A stretch of 64,000 nucleotides of DNA from an uncultured Planctomycetaceae bacterium (GTDB taxonomy: Bacteria; Planctomycetota; Planctomycetia; Planctomycetales; Planctomycetaceae). The stretch is from contig CAWFGE010000022.1 in assembly GCA_963815195.1 (NCBI GenBank), positions 1 through 64,000 of the forward strand, given 5' to 3'. This document shows positions 52,889-62,474 of the stretch, one piece after another (positions within the stretch are counted from its first letter, which is position 1; the number at the start of each line of letters is the position of its first letter). The notes beneath the pieces were generated by a model. The model was not told the DNA's origin and did not search any database. It saw only the letters and a program-made list of their open reading frames with translations. The translations under genes were made by a program, and so were the position numbers.

Positions 52889-54511
52889 TTAGTAGAGGTC
52901 GGCGTCGCCGCCGCCTTTGTGGTGGTCGTCTTTCTTCGGTTTTTCGGCGATCAAGGCATCGCTGGTGAGGAGCAGGGTCGAAACGCTGGCCGCGTTCTGA
53001 AGCGCGGTGCGGGTGACCTTGGTGGGATCGATAATCCCGGACTTCACCAGGTCCTCAAAATGGTCGGTCGCGGCGTTGTAGCCGTAGTTCGGGTTGTCGG
53101 ATTTTTCCAAAACCTTTTCGCAAATCACGCTGCCGTCTTTGCCGGCGTTGTTGGAGATTTGCGTCACCGGGGCCCGGCAAGCGCGGATGATGATGTCGTA
53201 GCCGGTCTTTTCATCATGCGAGAGGCCTTTGGGCTTGAGCGAGGCCGACGCCCGCAGAAGCGCCACGCCGCCGCCGGGCAGGATGCCTTCTTCCGTCGCG
53301 GCGCGGACGGCGTGCAAGGCATCTTCCACGCGGGCTTTCTTTTCTTTCATTTCGCTTTCGGTGGCGGCCCCGACGTTGAGTTGGGCCACCCCGCCGGAGA
53401 GTTTCGCGATCCGCTCTTCGAGTTTTTCGCGGTCGTAATCGCTGGTCGAGTTTTCCAGTTCGCGGCGGATTTGCTCGATGCGGGATTTGATGTCTTTCGT
53501 GTCGCCCGCGCCTTCGATGACCGTCGTGTTGTCTTTGTCGATCACGACTTTCTTGGCCCGGCCGAGGTCGGAGAGCTGGATGTTTTCCAGCTTCACGCCC
53601 AGGTCTTCAAAGATCGCCGTGCCGCCGACCATGATCGCGAGGTCCTGGAGCATGGCTTTGCGGCGGTCGCCGTAGCCGGGGGCTTTGACGGCGACGCTCT
53701 TGAAGGTCCCGCGGAGCTTGTTGATGACCAAGGTCGCGAGGGCTTCGCCTTCGACGTCTTCCGCGATAATGAGCAGCGGCTTGCCGGAGTTGGCGACTTT
53801 TTCCAGCACCGGGACGAGGTCGCGGATGTTGGAGACTTTCTTTTCGTGGACGAGCACGTAGCAGTCGTCGTACTCGCAGGTCATGCTCTGCGGGTCGGTC
53901 ACGAAGTAAGGCGAGAGATAGCCGCGGTCGAACTGCATGCCTTCTTTTTGCTCGACGGTCGTTTCGAGGCCTTTGCCTTCTTCGACGGTGATCACGCCGT
54001 CTTTGCCGACCTGCTCCATCGCGTCGGCGAGCTTGCTGCCGATTTCCGTGTCGCCGTTGGCCGCGACCGTGCCGACCTGGGCGATGGCTTTTTTATCCCG
54101 GCATTCGATCGCCATGTCTTTGAGTTTTTTGGTGATGTCTTCGACGGCCTTATCCATGCCCCGCTTCATTTCGATGGGGCTGACCCCGGCGACGACGGCC
54201 TTGAGGCCTTCCACATAAATGGCCTCGGCCATGATGGTCGCGGTGGTCGTGCCGTCGCCGGCCACGTCGGACGTTTTGCTGGCGACTTCGCGGACCATGC
54301 GGGCCCCCATGTCCTCGAACTTGTCGGGGAGTTCGATTTCGCGGGCCACGGTCACGCCGTCTTTGGTGACGGTCGGCGAGCCGAAGCTCTTTTCGAGAAT
54401 CACGTTCCGCCCCCGCGGGCCGAGCGTGACGCGGACGGCTCTGGCGAGTTTGCTCACGCCCCGCCGCATCGCTTCTTGGGCTTCTTGATCGAAGGCAATC
54501 ATTTTTGCCAT
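52889..54511 (-). CDS. groL: Chaperonin GroEL
   Basis: [48 protein letters not shown]. Confidence 0.98.
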   Translation of the reverse strand: MAKMIAFDQEAQEAMRRGVSKLARAVRVTLGPRGRNVILEKSFGSPTVTKDGVTVAREIELPDKFEDMGARMVREVASKTSDVAGDGTTTATIMAEAIYVEGLKAVVAGVSPIEMKRGMDKAVEDITKKLKDMAIECRDKKAIAQVGTVAANGDTEIGSKLADAMEQVGKDGVITVEEGKGLETTVEQKEGMQFDRGYLSPYFVTDPQSMTCEYDDCYVLVHEKKVSNIRDLVPVLEKVANSGKPLLIIAEDVEGEALATLVINKLRGTFKSVAVKAPGYGDRRKAMLQDLAIMVGGTAIFEDLGVKLENIQLSDLGRAKKVVIDKDNTTVIEGAGDTKDIKSRIEQIRRELENSTSDYDREKLEERIAKLSGGVAQLNVGAATESEMKEKKARVEDALHAVRAATEEGILPGGGVALLRASASLKPKGLSHDEKTGYDIIIRACRAPVTQISNNAGKDGSVICEKVLEKSDNPNYGYNAATDHFEDLVKSGIIDPTKVTRTALQNAASVSTLLLTSDALIAEKPKKDDHHKGGGDADLY

Positions 54512-54597
54512 GTCAGATGAACTCCTCTAAAGGTTGGATTATTTTTTTACCAGGGGTCCGCGGTGGGAACTCACCCTCTGCTGAGTTTAGAACGCTT

Positions 54598-54690
54598 GGC
54601 GAGCGGGGGGCGTCAGCCCCATGATTTTTCACCGCCACCAGAACGTTCTCTTTATCAATACGATCATGGGACTGACGCCCCCCGCTCGCC
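54598..54690. repeat. REP doublet between groES and groEL
   Basis: GGCGAGCGGGGGGCGTCAGCCCCATGAT...ATCATGGGACTGACGCCCCCCGCTCGCC. Confidence 0.85.
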
Positions 54691-54694
54691 GGGA

Positions 54695-55000
54695 TTAAAA
54701 CGTGGCGAGGATGTCGCTTTCGCGGAGCAGCAGCAGTTTTTCGTCGCCGACTTCGATTTCTTCGCCGCCGTAGGGGGAGAAGATCACCCGGTCGCCTTGT
54801 TTGACGGACAGCGGAACCTTGGTGCCGTCGTTTTTGACGTGACCGTCGCCGACGGCGATCACTTCGCCGCGCTGGGGTTTATCCTGGGCGGAATCCGGCA
54901 GGACGATGCCGCCCGCGGTGGTGCTCTCGGCCTCGGCCCGTTTCACAACCACGCGTTCCCCCAAGGGAACCACTTTGGTAGCCGTTGCGCTTTTCGCCAT
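54695..55000 (-). CDS. groS: Co-chaperonin GroES
   Basis: PLGERVVV, TAGGIVLPDSA, GEVIAVGDG, ESDILA. Confidence 0.97.
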   Translation of the reverse strand: MAKSATATKVVPLGERVVVKRAEAESTTAGGIVLPDSAQDKPQRGEVIAVGDGHVKNDGTKVPLSVKQGDRVIFSPYGGEEIEVGDEKLLLLRESDILATF

Positions 55001-55095
55001 TCAAATCTCCTCGCTGAAATCTGTCACTCGATATGTTTTTCGAAGCATGTCAAATCGACGCACCCTGTGCCTGAACTGCGGGCGCAAAAGGGATA

Positions 55096-55113
55096 AGCAA
55101 GAATTGCGCCAAA
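55096..55113 (-). promoter_or_regulatory. Sigma-54 (-24/-12) type promoter of groES-groEL
   Basis: Minus strand TTTGGCGCAATTCTTGCT, GG-N10-GC. Confidence 0.7.
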
Positions 55114-55217
55114 CGAGGAAAACGCCGCAAGCCCTGTTGAGCAAATGAGTTAAAAGCATTCATTCAGCGCGGTCACTTCTGCCAAATCCTTCGGAACCCA
55201 AATCGGATCACGGTAAA

Positions 55218-55236
55218 GTCTGCCAAAATGACAGAC
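55218..55236. promoter_or_regulatory. Palindromic candidate activator/regulator site
   Basis: GTCTGCCAAAATGACAGAC; half-site CTGCCAAA repeated at 55179. Confidence 0.5.
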
Positions 55237-55460
55237 GCTCAGCCGATAATGAAATCCTGTGGCGAGAAAAAGCGAAACCCAAAGCGGAGAGAGGGGTTAA
55301 ATACGAAAAGGTGCGGACCGGCGAGTCCTGACTCGCCAAGCGAAAACCTCGCCGGTCCCTCTCAACTTCCACGCTCGTCGTCCACAGATTGTCGAGTTGT
55401 TTTATGGTCATCCTATAATCCCGCGCCTTCAACCTGCATCTTCAGCGGAGAGGAAGAGGC

Positions 55461-56087
55461 ATGCCGATCGGATTTCGAAAATCCCCTGTCATTCTGGGCG
55501 CGACGATGCTCAGTATGATGTTCATCGGCATGATTCTGCGAGATTTGTTCGGTTGGATTTCTTCTCCGCCCGCGGATCCCCCCGCTGCGGCGGTTGCTGT
55601 TTCCCACGGTGAATCGGCTCTCTATCAGGAACTCAACGCCTTAAAGACCGATGCCAATCTCGCGTTCGGATTTCGCTCGGGACATCCGCGAGTCGACATG
55701 GGGCCGTGCGGTTCGTTTGCCCGCGAGCTTTACGAGTCGTGGAACAGGCGCTTTCCGAAGTCCGACGCCGTCAAAATTGCGTTTGTCAAAATCCTCGACA
55801 ATCGGTATTGCCGGCACGTGTTGATCCAGTTGCCCAACGGAATGTACTTCGATGGCGGCCGGGGCGTGATGACCGCAGAAGAACTGGAGCAACTCTACCG
55901 CGAGGTGGACGGGAAAGACGACTTGACGATGTTCATCGAAGTCATGCAGGTCTATGACGAAGCCACGCTCGCACAGAACTCGGTCCCCGGGCCTTATCCG
56001 GATTGTCCGGCCTATTCACCCGCCAAAGCCCGCGAGTTGATCGACGCGCACCTCGACAAATTGGCAACTCGCCCCGGCGTTTTCTAA
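55461..56087 (+). CDS. Hypothetical membrane-anchored protein, possible papain-like C/H/D fold
   Basis: N-terminal TM; GPCGSFA...HVLIQLPNGMYFDG. Confidence 0.6.
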   Translation: MPIGFRKSPVILGATMLSMMFIGMILRDLFGWISSPPADPPAAAVAVSHGESALYQELNALKTDANLAFGFRSGHPRVDMGPCGSFARELYESWNRRFPKSDAVKIAFVKILDNRYCRHVLIQLPNGMYFDGGRGVMTAEELEQLYREVDGKDDLTMFIEVMQVYDEATLAQNSVPGPYPDCPAYSPAKARELIDAHLDKLATRPGVF

Positions 56088-56597
56088 CGTCCGATCCCGC
56101 ATCTTTCTGCGTTTCTTCCTCCGTCCATCGCCGGAGCCTTCGCCGCATTCAAGATAATTTTCCGAGATTCTTCAAAGCCGCCGTCAGATTGACCAAAACT
56201 ATCTTTTCGGATTGGGTTTTGATTAAGGTGAAAACTGAGACTTCCGACAAATCGGCGGCTCACTTTTCCCGCCAGGCGAATATCCGGTGAAACAAGTCCG
56301 TGTCTTCGCCGATGCGGTGCGCGAGCGACGGATCTCAACCACGGGAAGGCTCACAGGCCCTCGGCACAAAAACGCAACGGATGTGATCTCGACCGGAACG
56401 GCGTTGGTTTCAAAAAGCCACATGCCGCGCCTCGTTCCTGCCCAACTTGATCCGCGATCTCTCTTTCATTTGGGCTAGCAGCGTGCGAGCGATTCAGCGA
56501 CGGTGTCATGCCGCGCTGCGCGCCGCCTTAATATCGAACCAATGCCGTCCGACGAGACGCATTGGGATGCTCCGGTTCGTTTTTAGGAAAACCTCAC

Positions 56598-57499
56598 ATG
56601 AAGAAGCGCGGCTTTACGTTGATCGAACTGCTGGTCGTGATTGCCATCATCGCCATTTTGATCGCCCTGTTGTTGCCGGCGGTGCAGCAAGCCCGCGAGG
56701 CGGCCCGGCGGTCCAGTTGCAAGAACATATTGAAGCAGTGGGGCCTCGCCCTGCATAACTACCACGACAACTACAACACCCTGCCGCCCGGCGCGTTTTC
56801 CTCGGGGAACCGCTTCGGGTTCCATGTGCTCGTCCTGCCTTATATCGATCAGGCGCCGTTGTACGCCCAGTTCAACTTCAACCTGCTCTATGACGACACC
56901 ACGGGGACGCCTTCCAACAAGCTCCTCAAACAGGTTTCCACCCCGCTGCATTTCTGCCCCAGCACCAAGTCGCCGATAACCTGTCAACAACCGCGGGCGA
57001 GTGGACCGTGCATTACTACGGAGTCGCCGGCGCGAAAGGACCCAATCCCTACCTGACCGGCACGCCCAACTATGCCCACGTCGGCAATACCACGACCGCC
57101 CACGGGGGAAACGCGCAAAACGGCATGCTCTGCGTGAATCGGAACTTCGGCTTCCGCGATGCGACCGACGGCACGTCCAACACCTTTATGGTCGGGGAAA
57201 TCTCCAACCGCACCGATCCCCTCGAAACGATCAGTTGGCGGCCTTGGACCCAGGGCGCCAGCGGCTACAGCGGCGGCACCGCCTCTTATGCCTGCAAGAA
57301 CATTTTGAATCCCATCGGCTATTCCGGCTACAACACGAACGTGCTGTTTAACGACGTCAGGTTCGGCAGCCAGCACGTCGGCGGAACGCACTTTCTCTTC
57401 GGAGACGGAGCCGTGCGATTCGTCTCGGGCAACATCGACTTCGCCACGTATAAAGCCGTCGCCAGCCGCGACGGACAAGAGCCCGTCACTATCGACTAA
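56598..57499 (+). CDS. DUF1559 prepilin-type protein; frameshift near 56968
   Basis: [53 protein letters not shown]. Confidence 0.92.
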
Positions 57500-57604
57500 C
57501 AATCCTTGGTGAAAAACAGATTCATGGCTCTTCCAGTGAATCGGGGGGAGGTAGACGTGGATGATCTTTTTGTGTGATGATCAATGAATGAATGGAATGA
57601 TGGA

Positions 57605-57631
57605 TTTCACCTCCCCTTTGGGGAGGTGAAA
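57605..57631. other. Perfect 12-bp intergenic hairpin
   Basis: TTTCACCTCCCC-TTT-GGGGAGGTGAAA. Confidence 0.6.
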
Positions 57632-57738
57632 GAGCACACAAGATATTCTTTAACACCGTCGTCGTTGCCCCGTCATTCGCCGGAAAAAACAGATTTATCG
57701 AAGTTCAAGTCCAGTTGAGAACGCGGAAGACCAATTCC

Positions 57739-58206
57739 ATGAAATGTATTGTTCCTTTTCAATGGGCGTGCTCCTTGCTCATCCTGGCCGCGGCGGGCTG
57801 CGGCGGCGACGGCGTCGAGCGAACGGAACTCTCGGGAAACGTCATGTTTGACGGGAAGCCCGTGCCCTACGGACTGATCCGATTTACGCCCGACAAATCC
57901 AAGCAACACTCCGGCCCGCAAGGGTACGCCGAGATCGTCAACGGGCGATACGATACGGCCCAGTCCGGTCAAGGCATCCTGCCGGGGCCGCATCACGTGC
58001 ACGTCACCGCCTACGACGAGAAGCCGCGGCGCGTGGAAGACGAAACCTCTCCGGAATCGCTCAAGAGCAAGCCTCCGCTGTTTGCCGACTTTCCGCTGGA
58101 GCAGGAGCTGAAAAACAAGACTCAGGATTTCTCGATTCCACCCAACGCCAAAGGCTACAGCCCGGAAAAGAAAACGGCGCGCCGCCGAGGCGTTATCGAA
58201 CCGTAA
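57739..58206 (+). CDS. DUF1559-associated lipoprotein (carboxypeptidase regulatory-like fold)
   Basis: Lipobox AAGC; SGNVMFDGKPV, IRFTP, GILPGPHHV. Confidence 0.85.
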   Translation: MKCIVPFQWACSLLILAAAGCGGDGVERTELSGNVMFDGKPVPYGLIRFTPDKSKQHSGPQGYAEIVNGRYDTAQSGQGILPGPHHVHVTAYDEKPRRVEDETSPESLKSKPPLFADFPLEQELKNKTQDFSIPPNAKGYSPEKKTARRRGVIEP

Positions 58207-58236
58207 CAAAGGCGCGATGCAACGCTTTAACCACCG

Positions 58237-59218
58237 TTAGCCGAGCAACTCCTGCATCTCTTCCGGCGTGAACCGCCGCTGGAGCCTGGCTCCCAATTGG
58301 CTGACGATTCTCGCGGCGGCGTGGCTGCCTAAGTGGCCGGCTTGTTTCCAGGTCAGGCCGTTGGTGATGCCGTACAAAACGCCGGCCGCGTACATGTCGC
58401 CCGCGCCGGTCGTGTCGATGGCTTTCACGCTCACGCCTTCAATGGGGATCACCTCGCCTGCGTGCATCAGCATCGAGCCTTGGCCGCCCAAGGTCAGCGC
58501 GACATTCTCGGCATGCTTGTGGATCTCGCGGGCGCATTCGATGGGATCGTCGAACGTCGTCAGCGCGGGCTTCTTCGAGGTTGCAGAACAACAGATCGAC
58601 CGGGCCTTCGATCAGTTGCCAAAACTCGTTGCGGTAGTGCTGGATCAAAAATGGATCGGAGACGGTAAACGCGACTTTGACGCCGTGGGCCTTGGCGAGT
58701 TCGATGGCTTTGAGGGCGGCGTTCTTCGTGGTGGTGCCGGTGAAGAGGTAGCCTTCCACGTAAACGTACTGGGCCTGTTTGATCTCGCTTTCCTCGACGT
58801 CGTCCGGGCCGATGGTGGACGAGACGCCGAGGTGGGTGAGCATCGTTCGCTGGGCGTCGGGGGTGATGAGGATCACGCAGGTCCCGCTGCCGCCGTCCGA
58901 TGGTTCGACCTCGATGGTCACGCCCATTTGCCTCATGTCTTTGAGGAAGAACTCGCCGATTTCATCGAAGCCGACTTTGCCCGCATACGCGGCTTTTCCG
59001 CCGAAGTCGGCGATGCCCATGATCGTGTTTGCCGCCGACCCGCCGGCACAGCGGGTGACTTCCACGCCGTCCAATGCCTGGAGGACTTTGACCTGCGTCT
59101 CCTCGTCGACCAAGGTCATAATCCCCTTGGCAAAGCCGAGCTCGCCGAGCACCTCGTCCGAGATCCGCGCTTGAATATCCGTCAAGGCGTTTCCCACGCC
59201 GTAAACATCATAAGCCAT
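58237..59218 (-). CDS. PfkB-family adenosine kinase-like protein; frameshift near 58565
   Basis: [42 protein letters not shown]. Confidence 0.9.
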
Positions 59219-59352
59219 CCGCCGGGTTCCTTTCGGTTGATTTTGAGTAAACCAGCCCGATTGTGGCGGCAAGCTCCGGATGTTGCAAGCGGGTGTGATC
59301 GAAGCGGACAATGGCTTTCTTTTTGCGGCCATGACTTGGAGCGTATGACGTC

Positions 59353-60042
59353 CTATGGACGAACCGTCGGGACGGGGGAACCCGCGGAGGATTGTTTCCG
59401 AAGCTTCGCCACCTCGTCGCGGAGGCGCCCGAGTTCTCGGCGCACTTCGCGAAGTTCCTCGGCGAGTTGGCGAACCATCTCCCCGGTTTCCGCTTCGTGC
59501 CGGTGGTTGAGTTGCCTTTCTGAATCCTCGGCGTGATGCCGAACGTCCCGCGCCATTTCATGGAGTCCCGCTTCGTCCAGATGCCCCGCCGCCGCGTGCA
59601 GGTGCTCGATCTTCCGCGCGATCTCGTCCCGCTCGCGCTCCTCAGGACGATTCCGAGCGGCGAACTCCCGCAGAGCCGCTTCCGTCTCGGCGATTTGCTG
59701 CGTGATTTCCCGAACGCGCGGATGCTCCTCGCCAACGTGTTTTCGCACTTCATTTTGCAGCCGTTCCAAAGCCGCGATTTTTTCGCGAGCCGCTGCGATT
59801 CGCGGCTCATTCGCGTGTCGATGGCTGGGCTCGGCCTTTTCGCGTTCGATGTGCGCTGCTTGATGTTCCAGCTCCGCCGCCTCGCGTTCTAGGCGTTCGG
59901 CCTCCTGGACTTTCTCCGCTTGCCGAGCTTCCTCGCGCAACCGGGCCGCCCGCTCGCGGAGTTCGTCCGACTCCGACGCCCACACGAACCCCACCGCCAA
60001 CACGACCAGTCCCACAACCAAAACGCCGAACAAATTCTTCAT
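59353..60042 (-). CDS. Secreted coiled-coil Glu/Arg/His-rich protein
   Basis: Signal peptide; [23 protein letters not shown]. Confidence 0.7.
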   Translation of the reverse strand: MKNLFGVLVVGLVVLAVGFVWASESDELRERAARLREEARQAEKVQEAERLEREAAELEHQAAHIEREKAEPSHRHANEPRIAAAREKIAALERLQNEVRKHVGEEHPRVREITQQIAETEAALREFAARNRPEERERDEIARKIEHLHAAAGHLDEAGLHEMARDVRHHAEDSERQLNHRHEAETGEMVRQLAEELREVRRELGRLRDEVAKLRKQSSAGSPVPTVRP

Positions 60043-60305
60043 CGGAAACTCCCCAGGTTTGCGTGCCATTAACATCCGATGCGAGGGCGCCGAACCCGTC
60101 GCTTGCTTCGGCTCTCTCGCATCGTACCAAAATGACGGCCAGATTCGAGCGCGAAAATCGACGGTGATAACATAGCCTGTATCCAGGTGCGCCGGCCGAG
60201 CATCATTGAAAATGACATTTGGTCGTGACGGTACATTGATAAACGAGGGAATCTATGGTGAGATAATGAATAGGTGGCTTTTAATTCCGTTTAAAGGAGA
60301 GCGCA

Positions 60306-61463
60306 ATGGATTTGATCGACCGACTTCGCGAAATCGCCAGCCGGGTTCCCCTGCATCGCGATCACCTTCTAACCGAGGAGGCGACGAAGAATGCTTTGGT
60401 CATGCCCTTCATCAATGCCCTCGGTTACAACGTCTTCGATCCGACCGAGGTTGTTCCGGAATTCCACGCGGACGTCGGGATCAAAAAGGGTGAGAAGGTC
60501 GATTACGCCATCATGCTCGACGGCGTCCCGATCATTTTGATCGAGTGCAAACCGATCAATCGCGATCTTGACAAGGAGACGCCAACGCAACTCTACCGGT
60601 ATTTTTCTGTCACGCCGTCTCGGTTTAGCATTCTCACCAATGGGATCCGTTACCAATTCTATTCGGATTTCGAAGCCCCCAACAAAATGGACGAGAAACC
60701 GTTTTTCGAGTTTTCCATCTTGGACCTCAACGAAAGAGTCATCAATGAGCTGAAGAAGTTCGCCAAAGGAAGTTTCGATCTGGAGAACATTCTTTCGACG
60801 GCCAGCGATCTCAAGTACACGAAGGCGATCAAACGCAGTTTGCGCGATGAATGGATCAACCCCAGTGAGGAGTTCGTCCGCTTGTTTGCTTCTCGCGTTT
60901 ACTCCGGCATACTCACAAAGACGGTTCGCGATCAATTCTCGGACATCACCAAAAAAGCTTTCCACGAATTCGTGGCCGAGAGAATCAATGATCGTCTCAA
61001 ATCCGCGTTGGAAACGGAGAATCTGGAGGTTGCTGCGGAACGAGACGCCAAGTTCACTGATGGATCGGATGGCGAGGCCCGTTCAGAAATCCTCACAACG
61101 GAAGAAGAAATCGAGGCTTACCACATTGTGAAATCGATCGTCCGCGAAGTGGTTGACCCAAAGCGCGTCTTCATGCGAGATACGAAGAGCTACTGCGGTG
61201 TTTTGCTCGACAACAACAACCGAAAGCCGATCTGTCGTCTTCATTTTAATACTTCGCAAAAATACATCGGAACATTCGACATAGACAAACAAGAGAATAA
61301 GAACCCAATCAGCAACCTCGATGACATCTATAACTTCTCGGTCGAATTGCGCAAAACTGCACAACTCTACGGCCAATCGATTCCCCAGTCAGATTCGGAC
61401 GACTCGACGCCCCCGTCACTCGATGCAACCGAGACTTCGCCCGGTCAGTCCCCATCGCACTAA
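60306..61463 (+). CDS. HsdR N-terminal-like PD-(D/E)xK nuclease protein
   Basis: EEATKNALVMPFINALGY, EVVPE, KVDYAI, IECK, QLYRY, ILTNG. Confidence 0.85.
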   Translation: MDLIDRLREIASRVPLHRDHLLTEEATKNALVMPFINALGYNVFDPTEVVPEFHADVGIKKGEKVDYAIMLDGVPIILIECKPINRDLDKETPTQLYRYFSVTPSRFSILTNGIRYQFYSDFEAPNKMDEKPFFEFSILDLNERVINELKKFAKGSFDLENILSTASDLKYTKAIKRSLRDEWINPSEEFVRLFASRVYSGILTKTVRDQFSDITKKAFHEFVAERINDRLKSALETENLEVAAERDAKFTDGSDGEARSEILTTEEEIEAYHIVKSIVREVVDPKRVFMRDTKSYCGVLLDNNNRKPICRLHFNTSQKYIGTFDIDKQENKNPISNLDDIYNFSVELRKTAQLYGQSIPQSDSDDSTPPSLDATETSPGQSPSH

Positions 61464-61502
61464 GAATCCGCAAGGCATTGGGGTAGAAGAAGTTAGGTGA
61501 GA

Positions 61503-61533
61503 GCCCCTCCGCCGGGCGGAGGGTTTTTTTCTT
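61503..61533 (+). terminator. Rho-independent terminator
   Basis: CCCTCCGCC-G-GGCGGAGGG followed by a T run. Confidence 0.75.
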
Positions 61534-61746
61534 GGCCGGCAGGGATTTGATGATCCGCGTTCGTCCAAACCTCGTTCTTTATGGTAAAGGTGAAACGGAC
61601 AATCAAGTCAAACGCAACGAAAGGAAAGAAGCAAGATTCGCCAAAACGAGAACAAAACCGGCCGATCTAGGCTCGAAGGTTTCTCGCGGGAGATGCCGGG
61701 GCGGTTTCAGGGGAAGCCGGTCGGCGTTTCGAGGAGGAAGAGGATT

Positions 61747-62217
61747 ATGGTCAAACGCATTCTTGACAATCACTGGTGCCGACTGTTGGCGGGCAACTTG
61801 AGCCTGGCCTTGTTGGTGGTGTGCATTCCGATGGCGGTTCTGCTGACGATCACGCAAAGCCTGGCTGCGATGACGGCGGCCCTCGTGATCCTGGCCACCG
61901 TGCATCTGGCGCTTGTGGGGCTTCAAGTCTCCCAGCGGGGGACGTGGATTCCCGAAAGCTGGCTGGCCGTGGGCTTCGTGTTCCTGCCGGTGATCGATGT
62001 CTCCCAAACCGTGTCCCTGTTCAACAAGGGACTCTGGCTCGAAGGCTTCTGGGCGTTCGTGATGGCCGTCGCCGCGGCGTTTGTCACCGTGCACATCGTG
62101 AAGAACCAATGGCAGAAATGGCGGCACCCCAAAATCCACACCGTGACGAAAACCCAATCCTCACACGGAGACCAAACCATCCATCCGCCCATGGACGACA
62201 CGACGATGGTTTATTGA
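61747..62217 (+). CDS. Hypothetical 4-TM membrane protein
   Basis: GAGGA RBS; four hydrophobic segments. Confidence 0.65.
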   Translation: MVKRILDNHWCRLLAGNLSLALLVVCIPMAVLLTITQSLAAMTAALVILATVHLALVGLQVSQRGTWIPESWLAVGFVFLPVIDVSQTVSLFNKGLWLEGFWAFVMAVAAAFVTVHIVKNQWQKWRHPKIHTVTKTQSSHGDQTIHPPMDDTTMVY

Positions 62218-62286
62218 CAAAGGCTTTTACAATGTGAGCGGTCGGCGCTAGCTAGCCTCCGATTTCGATGAAGCGACGTTCCCAAC

Positions 62287-62474
62287 GTCAAGACCGGCGG
62301 CTAGCGCCGTACCGCTCACGATCAACTCGACAAGTCAAGACCGGCGGCTAGCGCCGTACCGCTCACGATCGGCTCGACAAGTCAAGACCGGCGGCTAGCG
62401 CCGTACCGCTCACGATCAACTCGACAAGTCAAGACCGGCGGCTAGCGCCGTACCGCTCACGATCAACTCGACAA
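62287..62474. repeat. Tandem array of four 47-bp units (REP arm + 3' end of the adjacent gene)
   Basis: GTCAAGACCGGCGGCTAGCGCCGTACCGCTCACGATCAACTCGACAA at 62287, 62334, 62381, 62428; inverted arm at about 62234. Confidence 0.92.

Noticed and set aside
55000..55100. CIRCE operator (CTGTCACTCG...)
   Set aside because: No matching second half-site at 9-bp spacing.
62287..62474. CRISPR array
   Set aside because: The intervening sequences are near-identical rather than unique spacers, the repeat is a dispersed REP arm, and no cas genes are in the window.
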